The position numbers and the translations under genes are program-made. This document shows, in pieces, positions 1-10,632 of a stretch of DNA of 64,000 nucleotides (positions are counted from its first letter, which is position 1; the number at the start of each line of letters is the position of its first letter). This DNA comes from an uncultured archaeon (GTDB lineage Archaea > EX4484-52 > JAADEF01). The stretch spans positions 1 to 64,000 of the forward strand of contig CAYOWP010000004.1 of the NCBI GenBank assembly GCA_964407715.1. Direction: 5' to 3'. Below the pieces are notes generated by a model. It did no database searches. It was not told the DNA's origin and saw nothing but the letters and a program-made list of their open reading frames with translations.

Positions 1-1
1 A

Positions 2-2812
2 ACCATATCAGGTAAAGCTATATTACAACCAGATGGAAGTCCTGTTGTGAATAATCCAATTGGGATTTGGTTGGATGGAAAGATGTGGTCAAAATTGGTT
101 GAAGGATGGAATTGTAAAGATGCTTGTTCAGATCTATATAACCAAGGCATGAGATATCGCAGACCAATAACAATCCAAGAAAACTCAGGAAATAACTTAA
201 CAGATTATCAGATTCCAATAAATATAACCTATGCTCCTCACATGCAACCAGATTTTGATGATGTAAGATTCACATATTATAATGAAACTTCAAATAAAGA
301 AATAAAGATTCCATATTGGATAGAACAAAAAGTAAACTCTTCATGGGCATATGTATGGATAAAAGTTCCATTCATTCCTGCAAATGGAACAGCAAAGGTT
401 TATCTTTACTATGGAAATCAAAATGCTGTGAGTGAGAGTAATGGAAGTAATGTTTTTGAGTTCTTTGATGATTTTGAAACTTGGAAAGGATGGGTGCAGT
501 ACAGTAGCGGAGTAGTCTCACAAGATTGCTCATTGTCATATGATGGAATATGCTCACTCAAAAAAGATACTTATGGCGATCCAAATGGAGGATATAAAGA
601 TCTAGGTTTCACTTTGAATTACCCATTCATTTTAGAGGTATGGGACAGAAGAACTTATAATAGTGGTGCCAATGCAGATAGAGTTGGAGTAATAGATAGT
701 GATGGAAATGGTTACGGATGGATAATTGAGAACGGTGCTTCACCAGATACTATATATTTTGATAGAAGAGATTCCTATACAGCAACAACTTTTGGAACAC
801 AAACTTCTTTAGGTAAAGATTACTTTGATGTATGGAGATTTGTTCAATATATCTGGAATAATGGGAAACATATTGCAAAGGTTTATGATATAGATGGAAA
901 TTTATTGGCAAGCGTTTCAGCTACAGAAACAACATATTCTTCATTCACACGAGTTTATGTTTTTGGTGGTTACACTTATTATATCGATTCAATAAGAATA
1001 AGGAAATACACTTCCCCAGAACCCACAGCAATAATAGGCTCTGAAGAATCAATAGTCTCAACAGATTCACAAGGAAATTATACCTACACGTTCAAAGCAC
1101 CGTTAGTGGTTGGAACTCATACTGTAAAGGTTAATTTAACTGATTCCCATGGTATTTATGGAGAGAACCAAACAACTTTTGAGGTTATATCTATAATTCC
1201 TTATTATTTCTATGATCAAGATGATTCTAATGGTTCTGTAAAGGAAAGTGAAATAGTGAATGTCTCTGCTTATTGGAATGATAATGACAATAATTTATTC
1301 TTTGCACTTTTACGAACTAATAAATCTGGAGTCTGGAAGAATGAATCATACTTAATGTTTACTTCAACTCCTTCATATTCAAACTTTACAATTAATACTT
1401 CCTATACAGGAGGAAAAACAATTTGCTGGGTAATATGGGCTAATGATACTGATGGACACTACAATATCTCAATGCCTGAGCATTGTTTCTACGTAAAACC
1501 TCCCCCATTCCCTTGTGATTCTGGTAACTTGGATACTGTCTGTTATGTAAACAGTTCTAAGAATGTGACAGGTATGAATATCTCAGGAAATGGAAGTCTA
1601 GTAATAGAAAGTTATGGTACACTATGGACAGAGGCTGGAGAAGGAACGCTCTGTAGCATTTCTATGGGAAGATATGTTAGAATAAGATCTAATGGAGGAT
1701 TAATAGGTAACTTCAATATCACAGCTCAGAATCTAACTATAGAAGAAGGAGCAAAGATAGATGCAACAGGAAAGGGATATCCTGGAGGTAATATTAACTC
1801 TACTGGTCAAGGTCCAGGAGGTGGAGGATATTGCTCTGCTGGAGGTGATGGATGTGGTGGTGGTTATGGAGGTTATGGAGGTTCTTCTATATCATGTTCC
1901 TGTGGAGGATCTTCTTATGGTTCATTAACTCAGCCAACAAGTTTTGGTTCAGGAGGAGGTGGAAGTTCTGATGAATCAGGAGGATATGGTGGAGGTGCAA
2001 TATTCATTAATGTTAGCGATACTTTAATAGTTAATGGTTCTATTATTGCAAATGGAGAAACTCCATACTCAGATGGAGATTCTTATGTACCTGGTGGTGG
2101 ATCAGGAGGTTCAATATGGATAATTACTAAGAATTTCATTGGTAATGGAACTATTACTGCTAAAGGAGGAGATAGAGGTTCTGGACCTAATGAAGGTGGA
2201 GGAGGATCTGGAGGTAGGATAGCTATTTATTATGTGAATAAAGATTTCTATGGAGATATAGATGTAAGTGGTGGGTATGGATATGAGAATGGGTCTAAAG
2301 GAACAATATATCTTGCTGAAATGAGAACCACTATTTATATTGGTGGTATAAAGGTATTTAATTATTACGGAATATTTAATGGAACTAAACAACTCTCCAT
2401 ACGGGATGTTTTAATGGGTGTATTGGAGAATTGTGTTCCAGATGCTTATGGAATGTGTAAAATACCAATAAAGGTAGAGAATGGATACTATTCAAATATG
2501 TCATTATATGATCTACATATCAATTACACGGTGCCCTCAGATAGTAAAGAGGTAAGGGTCTTTGTCCGTAGTGCATCAACAGAGAAACACGTTCTCACAA
2601 ACATAACATTGATACTTAAAGATAAAACAACATGTGAGTTATTAAATGGAACTTATATTTTAAAGGGTATTGGGACAAGAATGATAAGAACCTATGTATA
2701 CAACTGCTCATTTAGATGTGATGATATACAGAGCATATATCTTGGAGGTTATTGTGGAAGATATGATTTATTAGATAGAGAAAGAGTTGAGAGAATATGT
2801 CACGATAGGTAA
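2..2812 (+). CDS. Large secreted/surface protein (5' partial): Ig-like fold, DUF2341-like domain, glycine-rich repeat region
   Basis: Frame is open from base 2 (TISGKAILQPDGSPV...), so the gene starts left of the window. DUF2341-like motifs (MQPDFDDVRFT, IPYWIE, VWIKVP, VYLYYGN, FEFFDDFE); GGGSGGSIWI/GGGGSGGRIAI repeats; many N-x-S/T sequons. Confidence 0.8.
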   Translation, partial: TISGKAILQPDGSPVVNNPIGIWLDGKMWSKLVEGWNCKDACSDLYNQGMRYRRPITIQENSGNNLTDYQIPINITYAPHMQPDFDDVRFTYYNETSNKEIKIPYWIEQKVNSSWAYVWIKVPFIPANGTAKVYLYYGNQNAVSESNGSNVFEFFDDFETWKGWVQYSSGVVSQDCSLSYDGICSLKKDTYGDPNGGYKDLGFTLNYPFILEVWDRRTYNSGANADRVGVIDSDGNGYGWIIENGASPDTIYFDRRDSYTATTFGTQTSLGKDYFDVWRFVQYIWNNGKHIAKVYDIDGNLLASVSATETTYSSFTRVYVFGGYTYYIDSIRIRKYTSPEPTAIIGSEESIVSTDSQGNYTYTFKAPLVVGTHTVKVNLTDSHGIYGENQTTFEVISIIPYYFYDQDDSNGSVKESEIVNVSAYWNDNDNNLFFALLRTNKSGVWKNESYLMFTSTPSYSNFTINTSYTGGKTICWVIWANDTDGHYNISMPEHCFYVKPPPFPCDSGNLDTVCYVNSSKNVTGMNISGNGSLVIESYGTLWTEAGEGTLCSISMGRYVRIRSNGGLIGNFNITAQNLTIEEGAKIDATGKGYPGGNINSTGQGPGGGGYCSAGGDGCGGGYGGYGGSSISCSCGGSSYGSLTQPTSFGSGGGGSSDESGGYGGGAIFINVSDTLIVNGSIIANGETPYSDGDSYVPGGGSGGSIWIITKNFIGNGTITAKGGDRGSGPNEGGGGSGGRIAIYYVNKDFYGDIDVSGGYGYENGSKGTIYLAEMRTTIYIGGIKVFNYYGIFNGTKQLSIRDVLMGVLENCVPDAYGMCKIPIKVENGYYSNMSLYDLHINYTVPSDSKEVRVFVRSASTEKHVLTNITLILKDKTTCELLNGTYILKGIGTRMIRTYVYNCSFRCDDIQSIYLGGYCGRYDLLDRERVERICHDR

Positions 2813-2829
2813 TGACGTGATTTATCCTC

Positions 2830-3207
2830 TCATTTTCTCTTGGCTTTTCTAATTTGTATATTTATTGGGGTGCCATCTGAAAGTATATTTGTACAGTTGC
2901 AAAGCCCTTGGGTTTTATTAAAAACTATATCCTTATAATTTCGTTTATATTCATAAACTGGAAAGCATTTCCATTTATCTTTTACATCTCCTATTTTTTT
3001 ATCATTTAACTCATATTCCAATAAACTGCAAAACTCTGCAAGAGATAAATTGCTTATTGATTGGTTGCTTACACTAACCAATACATCTTTTATATCCTTA
3101 GTATTATTCTTTGTAATATGAAAATAAAAAATCATAGCAAAAATACAAATAAAAAACATGAGAATTATGAGACTATTTTTTAATCTCCTCTTGTAAACCT
3201 CTGACAT
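2830..3207 (-). CDS. Hypothetical membrane-anchored protein
   Basis: ORF with one N-terminal hydrophobic helix. Start uncertain; ATG at 3207 chosen, overlapping the pheT end. Confidence 0.55.
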   Translation of the reverse strand: MSEVYKRRLKNSLIILMFFICIFAMIFYFHITKNNTKDIKDVLVSVSNQSISNLSLAEFCSLLEYELNDKKIGDVKDKWKCFPVYEYKRNYKDIVFNKTQGLCNCTNILSDGTPINIQIRKAKRK

Positions 3208-4819
3208 CCATTTCCCCTCCAATAATAGGAACCTCCAAATCAAAGTTTCTTATTATTTGAGGATGTATCTCTCCAAAATGTCCTATTTCTTTATCGTTTA
3301 TTATGATTTTAGCACATCTTCCCTCAATATAAAAAGGACATTTTTCCTCTTCCACTTTATATGTCAATCCAAGTTCTCTCATTAAAGCATCTACTATTGC
3401 TTTGGCATCTTCATAACTTGCTTTTGTATCTGCACATGCCCATGCGAGATGTTTTTCTTCTTTTGCATCTCCATCTTTTTTATAAAACACGTTTCCTATT
3501 TCAAAAATAAACTGTTTATACTCATATCTCTTATTTTTGGATAAGAATTCCAATAACAAAGGAATAATGGAATCTCTCAAAGCATTGTATTCTTCATTCA
3601 TTGGATGAATTACCTTTATGCATGTTTTATTTTTTATTCCCATATTTTCATGTAAGATTTTTTCATTTGAGAGATGATATGATAACACCTCTATTGCTCC
3701 CATCCCAATAAATGTGTCTCTAAGAATATCCTCAAATTTGGTTTCATCTGATAGCGAAGCTATTGTAAATATATTTGGAAGTTCAGGTTCAAATTTGTCA
3801 TATCCGTATGCAATACCTATATCCTCCACAATATCTATAGGGTGCAGAATATCTGTTCGATACGGTGGAACAAGTGCATAGAAGTTTTTATTGTCTATTT
3901 TCTCAAATCCTAATCCCATTTTCAAAAGCAACTCCTCTATATAATTCATATTGAGATTCAACCCCAACAATGAATTTACATAATCCAAATTTACTTTCTT
4001 CCTTTTATAGGAAAGATCAGGATATTCTGAATTTCCTACTCTAAATGAGTATACTTCACCGCCCAACTCAACAAGATGAGTAACAACAATGTTTAATATC
4101 TCATTGACTACTCTTTCATTTGTACCTGTTACATCAATAAAAAAGTTTCGTGTTTCAGGAGAGATAGCGGTTACACATCCATTAATTATTGGAGGCAATG
4201 CCAAAACATCTCCCTTGTTATCTATCCACACAGGATATATCCCTTCGTTAAGTAGATGTCCATATTCTTTTCCTTTTTCATGTTCTCTAAGAATTTCCTT
4301 TACACTACCTTCTCTCTCCCAGCCTAGTGGTGTGAATTTGAAATTTTCATCCACGCATGTATACTTTAATGGAAATTCTATTTTTCTTAAATCATGAACT
4401 CCTATACTTGCAACTTTTCTCTTTCTTCCATGAGTCACATGAAGTTTTTCTTGCAGGTTTATTATAGATTCAAAGGCTTCTTCATCAAAATCTTTTACAT
4501 TTTTAACAATTGCTCCTGCAATATAAGGCCGTGGCTTTAATGCCTTTTTGTTGATTTCAGCATAGTATGTATCCTCATGATTCACTTTGTATTGCTTTAT
4601 CTCATCTTCCAATTCAAGGAAATATCTTAATGCTCTTGCAAAACCCTCTTCACTTAGCATATCTGGTCTATTTGGTGATACCTCTACAATTATATTTTCA
4701 TTATTTATCTCCTCCAAATCAGTGCCTATCATTGAGATCGCATATGATAATTCTTCATTGTCTATTGGTTTCCCTACTAATCCAAGAAGTCTTTTTCTTT
4801 TTAGTGTGATTGTTGGCAT
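3173..4819 (-). CDS. pheT: Phenylalanine--tRNA ligase beta subunit (archaeal type)
   Basis: MPTI start, NRPDMLS, LQEKLH, LALPPIIN, PPYRTDILHPIDIVEDIGIAYGY, GEIHPQ motifs. Confidence 0.96.
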   Translation of the reverse strand: MPTITLKRKRLLGLVGKPIDNEELSYAISMIGTDLEEINNENIIVEVSPNRPDMLSEEGFARALRYFLELEDEIKQYKVNHEDTYYAEINKKALKPRPYIAGAIVKNVKDFDEEAFESIINLQEKLHVTHGRKRKVASIGVHDLRKIEFPLKYTCVDENFKFTPLGWEREGSVKEILREHEKGKEYGHLLNEGIYPVWIDNKGDVLALPPIINGCVTAISPETRNFFIDVTGTNERVVNEILNIVVTHLVELGGEVYSFRVGNSEYPDLSYKRKKVNLDYVNSLLGLNLNMNYIEELLLKMGLGFEKIDNKNFYALVPPYRTDILHPIDIVEDIGIAYGYDKFEPELPNIFTIASLSDETKFEDILRDTFIGMGAIEVLSYHLSNEKILHENMGIKNKTCIKVIHPMNEEYNALRDSIIPLLLEFLSKNKRYEYKQFIFEIGNVFYKKDGDAKEEKHLAWACADTKASYEDAKAIVDALMRELGLTYKVEEEKCPFYIEGRCAKIIINDKEIGHFGEIHPQIIRNFDLEVPIIGGEMDVRGLQEEIKK

Positions 4820-4904
4820 TATTTTGACCTCCTCTCGCTTTATTCTTCACATCTTAATTAACATAACATTAAAAGAATTTAAAAGTATTTAGATTATCAT
4901 GTTA

Positions 4905-5455
4905 TCTACATCTCAAGGTGATCTTTTGAGATGTTATGCTTTCCGTTAACACTCTTATTAAAAATTTTTATTTTTGGTTAACGCGAAAAATCGCTAACAT
5001 AAAGGTTTTGGGGCATGCTATCCTTTTTTTTAGAGGTTAGGTGCTTCCCAACCGCTTTGAAGGGTTATCATACTCCAATACTCCTTTTCTATGGGCTATT
5101 GTCCCGTTAACCATATTTTTATTTAAAGGATATTGTTAACGCAGAGGAATCGCTTTTCCAGAGGTTTCGGAGCAGCTAACCCACTTAAAAAGATTAGCCG
5201 CTTCATGCACGTGTATAAAAGGTTAGCTTCTGTAAGATGTCTTGTGAGAAGATATTCTTCCACTTAACCATTTTTAAAATAAAAATTGGTTAACGCGAGG
5301 AGATCGCTAACACAAAGGCTTTGGAGCACCTAACCTCTTCTAGGGGTTAGCTGCTTCCTAACCACTTTCAAAGGTTAGCTTCTGTAAGATGTCCTGTGAG
5401 GAAGTATTCCTCCCCTTAACCATTTTTTAAATAAAAATTGGTTAACGGGAAGAAA
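4905..5455 (+). repeat. Tandem array A1 of ~155-bp modular palindromic units
   Basis: GTTAAC hairpin 3' arms at 4976, 5134, 5288, 5440 (spacing 158/154/152); intervening CTAACC..GGTTAG palindromes; homologous to the arrays at 16.9, 24.1 and 40.1 kb. Confidence 0.9.
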
Positions 5456-5539
5456 ATCATTTATTTGTTAGCATCACTTGTTCAAATGTGCTCCATATCT
5501 TGAACCTATTTAAAAACAGAACCTTTTTTATTCCTGATT

Positions 5540-7336
5540 ATGGTAGAAGATAAGAGGAAGTATATTAGGCAGCCAATAATTTCTGTGTTGGCTCATGTTG
5601 ATCATGGTAAAACAACTTTATTAGATTATATAAGAAAAACAACTATTGCAAAAAAGGAAGCAGGGGGAATAACACAACACATAGGTGCAAGTGAGATAAC
5701 AAAAGATGCTCTTGAGGAAAAATGCAAGTCTCTATTAAAAAAATACAATATATCAATTCCTGTGCCTGGTTTGTTATTTATAGATACACCAGGACATGAG
5801 GCATTTACTTTATTAAGAAAGAGAGGAGGAAGTTTGGCAGATATCTCTATTCTAATAATCGATATAAACGAGGGAATAATGCCACAAACAAAAGAATCCA
5901 TAGAAATCTTAAAACAATACAAAACTCCTTTTGTTGTTGCTTTAAACAAGATAGATAGAATTCATGGTTGGATATCACATCCAGGAGAGGATTTCTTAAC
6001 AACATTCAACAAACAACGTGAAATAACCAAACAAGAGTTTTATAATAAGCTCTATACTTTAATTGGCCAGCTTAGTGAGTATGGATTTGAATCAGAATTA
6101 TATTATGAGATAAAGGATTTTACAAAGACCTTGGCATTGATCCCAATTTCTGCATTGACAGGAGAGGGGGTAAGTGACCTTCTTACTGTTATCATTGGAT
6201 TGGTAAACAAATTCTTAAAAGATAAACTATATATTGATCCTGAGGATGTTGGAAAAGGGGTTGTATTAGAGGTGAAAGAAACGCGTGGTTTGGGTGTAAC
6301 TATAGATGCTATACTCTATGATGGCTCTATTCATAAAGGGGATATATTAATCATTGCAAATCCTGATAATATTATTGAAACAAAGGTTAGAGGGATATTG
6401 AAACCAGCACCTATGCAAGAACTCAGAGCTAATATAAATTTCAAAACTTATGATTATGTGGTTGCTGCAAGTGGTATTAAGATAGCCTCAACTGGAATAG
6501 AAAATGTGATTCCTGGTGTATCTTTTGTTTGTTTAAGAAAGGATAGTAAAAAGGAAGATAGAGAGAGATATATCTCTGAGTTAAGAAAAGATGTGGAAAC
6601 AGTTTCTTTTAGTAAGGATGTAGAGGGAGTGGTTATAAAAGGAGATGCCCTTGGTAGTTTGGAAGCTATAGTGAATGTTTTCAAGAGAAAAGGAATATCA
6701 ATAAGAGAGGCTGCCATAGGAAACATAACAAAAAAGGATATTATGCTTCTGGAGAACATGCCAGAAGAAAAAAGAATTGCAATAGGATTCAATGTGAAAA
6801 TTGATGAGGATGCGATGGAATTGGCAAAAAAGAATAATGTAAAGGTCATTATTTCTAAGGTTATTTATCATATCTTGGAGGAGTATGAGAAATACCTTGA
6901 AGAGCTTCGTGCTGAGAAAGAAAAAAAGATTCTTGAGGGAGTTGTTTATCCATTCAAGATGAAATTTTTGGAACATTTTGTTTTTAGACAAAGCAAACCT
7001 GCAATCATAGGGTGTGAGGTAGAGGTAGGAATTGTTAAACCCAACATCAGGATAATGAATCAAGAGGGAAAAATTATAGGTACTATCCTTGGGATACAAA
7101 TAAGAGGAGAAAATATAAAAGAGGCGAAACAAGGGGATACTATCGCTATATCTGTAGATAAAGGATTTGTTGGAAGAAATATAAAACCAGGCGATGAATT
7201 CTATCCTGTTATTCCAAAAGAACATTATAAAATACTTATAGAAAACATCTCATTACTCAAAGAAAATGAGAAGAACACATTAGATTATATTAAGCAATTA
7301 ATGAAAAAACATGATCCAAGATATGATATATTTTAG
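5540..7336 (+). CDS. infB: Translation initiation factor aIF5B (IF-2)
   Basis: RQPIISVLAHVDHGKTTLLD, EAGGITQHIGA, DTPGHEAF, NKID motifs. Confidence 0.97.
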   Translation: MVEDKRKYIRQPIISVLAHVDHGKTTLLDYIRKTTIAKKEAGGITQHIGASEITKDALEEKCKSLLKKYNISIPVPGLLFIDTPGHEAFTLLRKRGGSLADISILIIDINEGIMPQTKESIEILKQYKTPFVVALNKIDRIHGWISHPGEDFLTTFNKQREITKQEFYNKLYTLIGQLSEYGFESELYYEIKDFTKTLALIPISALTGEGVSDLLTVIIGLVNKFLKDKLYIDPEDVGKGVVLEVKETRGLGVTIDAILYDGSIHKGDILIIANPDNIIETKVRGILKPAPMQELRANINFKTYDYVVAASGIKIASTGIENVIPGVSFVCLRKDSKKEDRERYISELRKDVETVSFSKDVEGVVIKGDALGSLEAIVNVFKRKGISIREAAIGNITKKDIMLLENMPEEKRIAIGFNVKIDEDAMELAKKNNVKVIISKVIYHILEEYEKYLEELRAEKEKKILEGVVYPFKMKFLEHFVFRQSKPAIIGCEVEVGIVKPNIRIMNQEGKIIGTILGIQIRGENIKEAKQGDTIAISVDKGFVGRNIKPGDEFYPVIPKEHYKILIENISLLKENEKNTLDYIKQLMKKHDPRYDIF

Positions 7337-7410
7337 GGTGAGCCTTTAGGTTACTTTGTTGTTGCTAAAAAATAGAATTTATTTAAATCTGCAATCTAAC
7401 TCACAGCTTT

Positions 7411-8649
7411 ATGAAGGTGTATATAGAAACTTATGGATGTGCCGCAAATAAAAACAATTCTGAGATTATAATTGGTAAGGCATTAGGTGGTAGACATGAG
7501 ATAGTAAATGAGATAGATAAAGCCGATATTATAATCATCAATACATGCACCGTTAAGCACATAACCGAGCAGAAGATGTTCTCAAGATTAAAAAAGTTAA
7601 AAGAAAAAGGTAACAAGGTAATTGTCACTGGCTGCATGGTTCCTTATCAAAGCGATGAGATTGAGAGGATAAGCAAAGACTTTATCCAAATACCTTGGAA
7701 TGATCTTGACAGATTCGATAAGATTTTCCATATTAAATCATCACAAGCCAGAGATTTTTCTTTTAGCCCAGTAACAAGGATAATACAAATAGGCACGGGT
7801 TGTCTATGTAATTGTGCTTATTGCGCTGTAAAATTGATAAAAGGAAATATAAGAAGTAGAAGCATAGAAGATATTCTTCATGATGTAGAGAAAGCACTTT
7901 TGAGAGGATATAAAGAAATTTATCTAACCTCAACAGATAATGCAGCATATGGGTTTGATATCAATGTTAGATTGCCTGATTTGGTTAATGAAATTCTTGA
8001 AAGATTTGATGGGGATTATATTATAAGAATAGGTATGATGAATCCCTTAATACTAAAATTGTTTTATAAAGAATTCATGGAATTATATAGAGATGCAAGG
8101 ATATACAAGTTTTTGCATCTTCCTATTCAATCAGGTAGTGAAAAGGTTTTGAAAGAGATGCATAGGCCTGGAAAAATGGAGGATGTATATGCTATGCATG
8201 ATTCATTTATGAGAATCACAAAACATATGGGAAATTTTGCCACAGATATTATTGTAGGATATCCAACAGAGACAGAGGAGGATTTCAATAAAACGATGGA
8301 GGTTTTGAAGCATCTAAAACCTGACATGACCCATGTATCTAAATTTGGGCCAAGAAAAGGTACTGTTGCAGCAAAAATGAAGAAGTTACCATCACAAATT
8401 GTCAAAGAGAGATCACGAAAACTTTCATCTTTGGTTAGAGAGATTGCAAAAGAAAGAAATATGAGATGGATAAACTTGGAAACTGAGACACTCATAAAAG
8501 ATGTCACTCAAAGCGGTTTAATAGGTAGGAATAGATATTATAAGCCAATAGTTATCACAAACGAAAACAGTAAAAGATACTTGGGAAAATGGGTAAAAGT
8601 AAAGATTGTCTCTTGCACACATGCTCATCTAATTGGTGAGATTATATGA
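7411..8649 (+). CDS. tRNA methylthiotransferase, MiaB/MtaB family (archaeal e-MtaB type) radical SAM
   Basis: ETYGC, NTCTV, VTGC N-terminal cysteines; GCLCNCAYC radical-SAM motif; HLPIQSGS; C-terminal TRAM-like region. Confidence 0.9.
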   Translation: MKVYIETYGCAANKNNSEIIIGKALGGRHEIVNEIDKADIIIINTCTVKHITEQKMFSRLKKLKEKGNKVIVTGCMVPYQSDEIERISKDFIQIPWNDLDRFDKIFHIKSSQARDFSFSPVTRIIQIGTGCLCNCAYCAVKLIKGNIRSRSIEDILHDVEKALLRGYKEIYLTSTDNAAYGFDINVRLPDLVNEILERFDGDYIIRIGMMNPLILKLFYKEFMELYRDARIYKFLHLPIQSGSEKVLKEMHRPGKMEDVYAMHDSFMRITKHMGNFATDIIVGYPTETEEDFNKTMEVLKHLKPDMTHVSKFGPRKGTVAAKMKKLPSQIVKERSRKLSSLVREIAKERNMRWINLETETLIKDVTQSGLIGRNRYYKPIVITNENSKRYLGKWVKVKIVSCTHAHLIGEII

Positions 8650-9849
8650 AGATTCTCCATAAATTTCCTTAATTATTTTTATAATTTCATCTTTTCCAAA
8701 ACCACATAATGTTATAAAAGATCCTTTTAATCTTCCCTTGCTATTTTTAAAATAGAACTTAAAAAATTTTATTTGGTTTTTTGATTTCCAAAAAGTTTCT
8801 GGAAAAATCAAAGAAGCATTACTTTGATTACAAATTTTTAGTTGAATCTTTACCACATCCTCTGCCAATTTTCTTTCATTTTCAGTATTATCACTCGTAA
8901 CAATTATCGTGGAGCCATAATAGTCATAACCAGAAAAATTAAATAAATCCAAAGGACATCTAAGTCGGTGCTCATTTTTTATCTCATCCTTATATATCAA
9001 TCCGCCTCCCAAAGCTGCATGCCACCCCACTTTTCCATTATATTCCTCTTTAACTTCTGGTAAAATATTCCTTGCGAATTCCATCATTCTTAAACATTCC
9101 TTTTCTGTTATGTTTTCAGAATGCAATCCTAAAACAACTTCTGGCTCGTTTAATACAAAAAATAATTCTACCTTTTCTTTTTCTGCTAACTTTGCAGTAT
9201 CAATGATCACTTCCTTTAAATTTTTCCAAAAATTCTCATTCTCCAAGATATCCTTTGGAAGCTCACCAAAAGAAATTGAACTTCCAGGTTTAAGCAAAAC
9301 AGGGGATAAAGCTACCGCGTAACCCATATTATGGAACCTTCTTATTTGCAATTTTGCTATAAACCTTGAAAAAGGAATTTCAGAGATTTCTCCTTTTTCG
9401 TTTACTTTATAAAAAATTATCAAATAAACAGAGTTCACATTTAGCTTTTTTAAATCCATCAAACTTAAAGGAAAACCAAAAAGTAAAAGAAAATAATGTG
9501 TTAGGGTGTTGAATCTCACTCCTCTAAAATATTCAGGATAATTTCTATGGTATTCGGTGAAAGAAATGCTTTGAGAAAGTATGATGATATAGGGAAAAGA
9601 AAAAATCAAAAAAGAGATTAAAAGAACTATGAGAAGTTTCTTGATGTTTTTTCTTTTGACTATTAAAAATAAAATCACCAATGCAAAGAGCATTGAAATA
9701 ATCAAAGAGATAATTGGTCTAAAAACAGAAAACAATAAGATGAGAAATAAAAATATTAAAATGATAAATATAGAAAAAAGATATTTAAAACATACACATG
9801 CTCCTCTTCTTATAATTCTATACAATGACTCTGTTTTGATTTTGACCAT
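8629..9849 (-). CDS. Membrane-anchored TIM-barrel glycoside hydrolase-like protein (clan GH-A-like)
   Basis: N-terminal TM helices; LFFVLNEPE (NE acid/base motif) and LIFPETFW (putative nucleophile E); DYYG strand. Confidence 0.55.
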   Translation of the reverse strand: MVKIKTESLYRIIRRGACVCFKYLFSIFIILIFLFLILLFSVFRPIISLIISMLFALVILFLIVKRKNIKKLLIVLLISFLIFSFPYIIILSQSISFTEYHRNYPEYFRGVRFNTLTHYFLLLFGFPLSLMDLKKLNVNSVYLIIFYKVNEKGEISEIPFSRFIAKLQIRRFHNMGYAVALSPVLLKPGSSISFGELPKDILENENFWKNLKEVIIDTAKLAEKEKVELFFVLNEPEVVLGLHSENITEKECLRMMEFARNILPEVKEEYNGKVGWHAALGGGLIYKDEIKNEHRLRCPLDLFNFSGYDYYGSTIIVTSDNTENERKLAEDVVKIQLKICNQSNASLIFPETFWKSKNQIKFFKFYFKNSKGRLKGSFITLCGFGKDEIIKIIKEIYGESSYNLTN

Positions 9850-9903
9850 AATACTAAGTATTGTAAAAATATTTAAATACTTCTTTCCAAATTAGAGAAT
9901 TTT

Positions 9904-10599
9904 ATGGTTAAGCAAAACAAAGATTCGCACATAAAATTCATATTTTTTATAAGTGTTATTTACACATTGTCAATTATTGCACTTACATTTTCTATTACAT
10001 ATTACTTGGATCAAATAAAGATAAGGGAAGTGCTTTATGATTATAAATATGAGGTTCTAACAATAAATGAGTATGATTTGTTTACAGAATATTTGGACAA
10101 TTATTTCAAAAAGAATAAATCTTTTTATTGTGAATATGCATATCCGTTATTGGATAGCCTAACTGAAGATATAAAAAGATTGGGAATAAAACTATCAAAA
10201 TATGGAAAATCCTCTTCATCTCTCTCTGAGATTGACTATGATTACTTAAAGAGAAAATATTATCTTGTTATGCTTAAAGAATATAATATATTGTGGAAAA
10301 TAAAGGCAAGATGCAACAATATAAATATAGGCGTGTTCTTTTTCAAAAAGGATCACGAGCCCTCTCTGATTATGGGAAGGGTTTATGAGGAGGTATCTAA
10401 GAGGATAAATAACACTTATATTCTCTCATTTGATATTGAATATGAAGATATAGCTCTTTTAAATTATCTTAAAAGCATATATTCATTAAAGAATTCAGAT
10501 GCTCCTGTATTCATACTTAACGACAAATGCATAATAAAAGGGGTTAAAAGCATAGATGAAGTGATTAAATATATAAATGAGAATAAATGCTTAAAATAA
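9904..10599 (+). CDS. Hypothetical membrane-anchored protein with thioredoxin-like C-terminus
   Basis: N-terminal TM helix; C-terminal DAPVFILND..IKG pattern; no CxxC. Confidence 0.6.
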   Translation: MVKQNKDSHIKFIFFISVIYTLSIIALTFSITYYLDQIKIREVLYDYKYEVLTINEYDLFTEYLDNYFKKNKSFYCEYAYPLLDSLTEDIKRLGIKLSKYGKSSSSLSEIDYDYLKRKYYLVMLKEYNILWKIKARCNNINIGVFFFKKDHEPSLIMGRVYEEVSKRINNTYILSFDIEYEDIALLNYLKSIYSLKNSDAPVFILNDKCIIKGVKSIDEVIKYINENKCLK

Positions 10600-10632
10600 A
10601 ACATTTAAAAATCACAACAATACCTTTAATAT

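Noticed and set aside
4905-5455. Integron attC sites (TAAC...GTTA cores)
   Set aside because: Core-like motifs are present, but the palindromes are only ~29-42 bp, occur in tandem without cassette ORFs between them, and no intI is in the window. Not supported, though IntegronFinder was not run.
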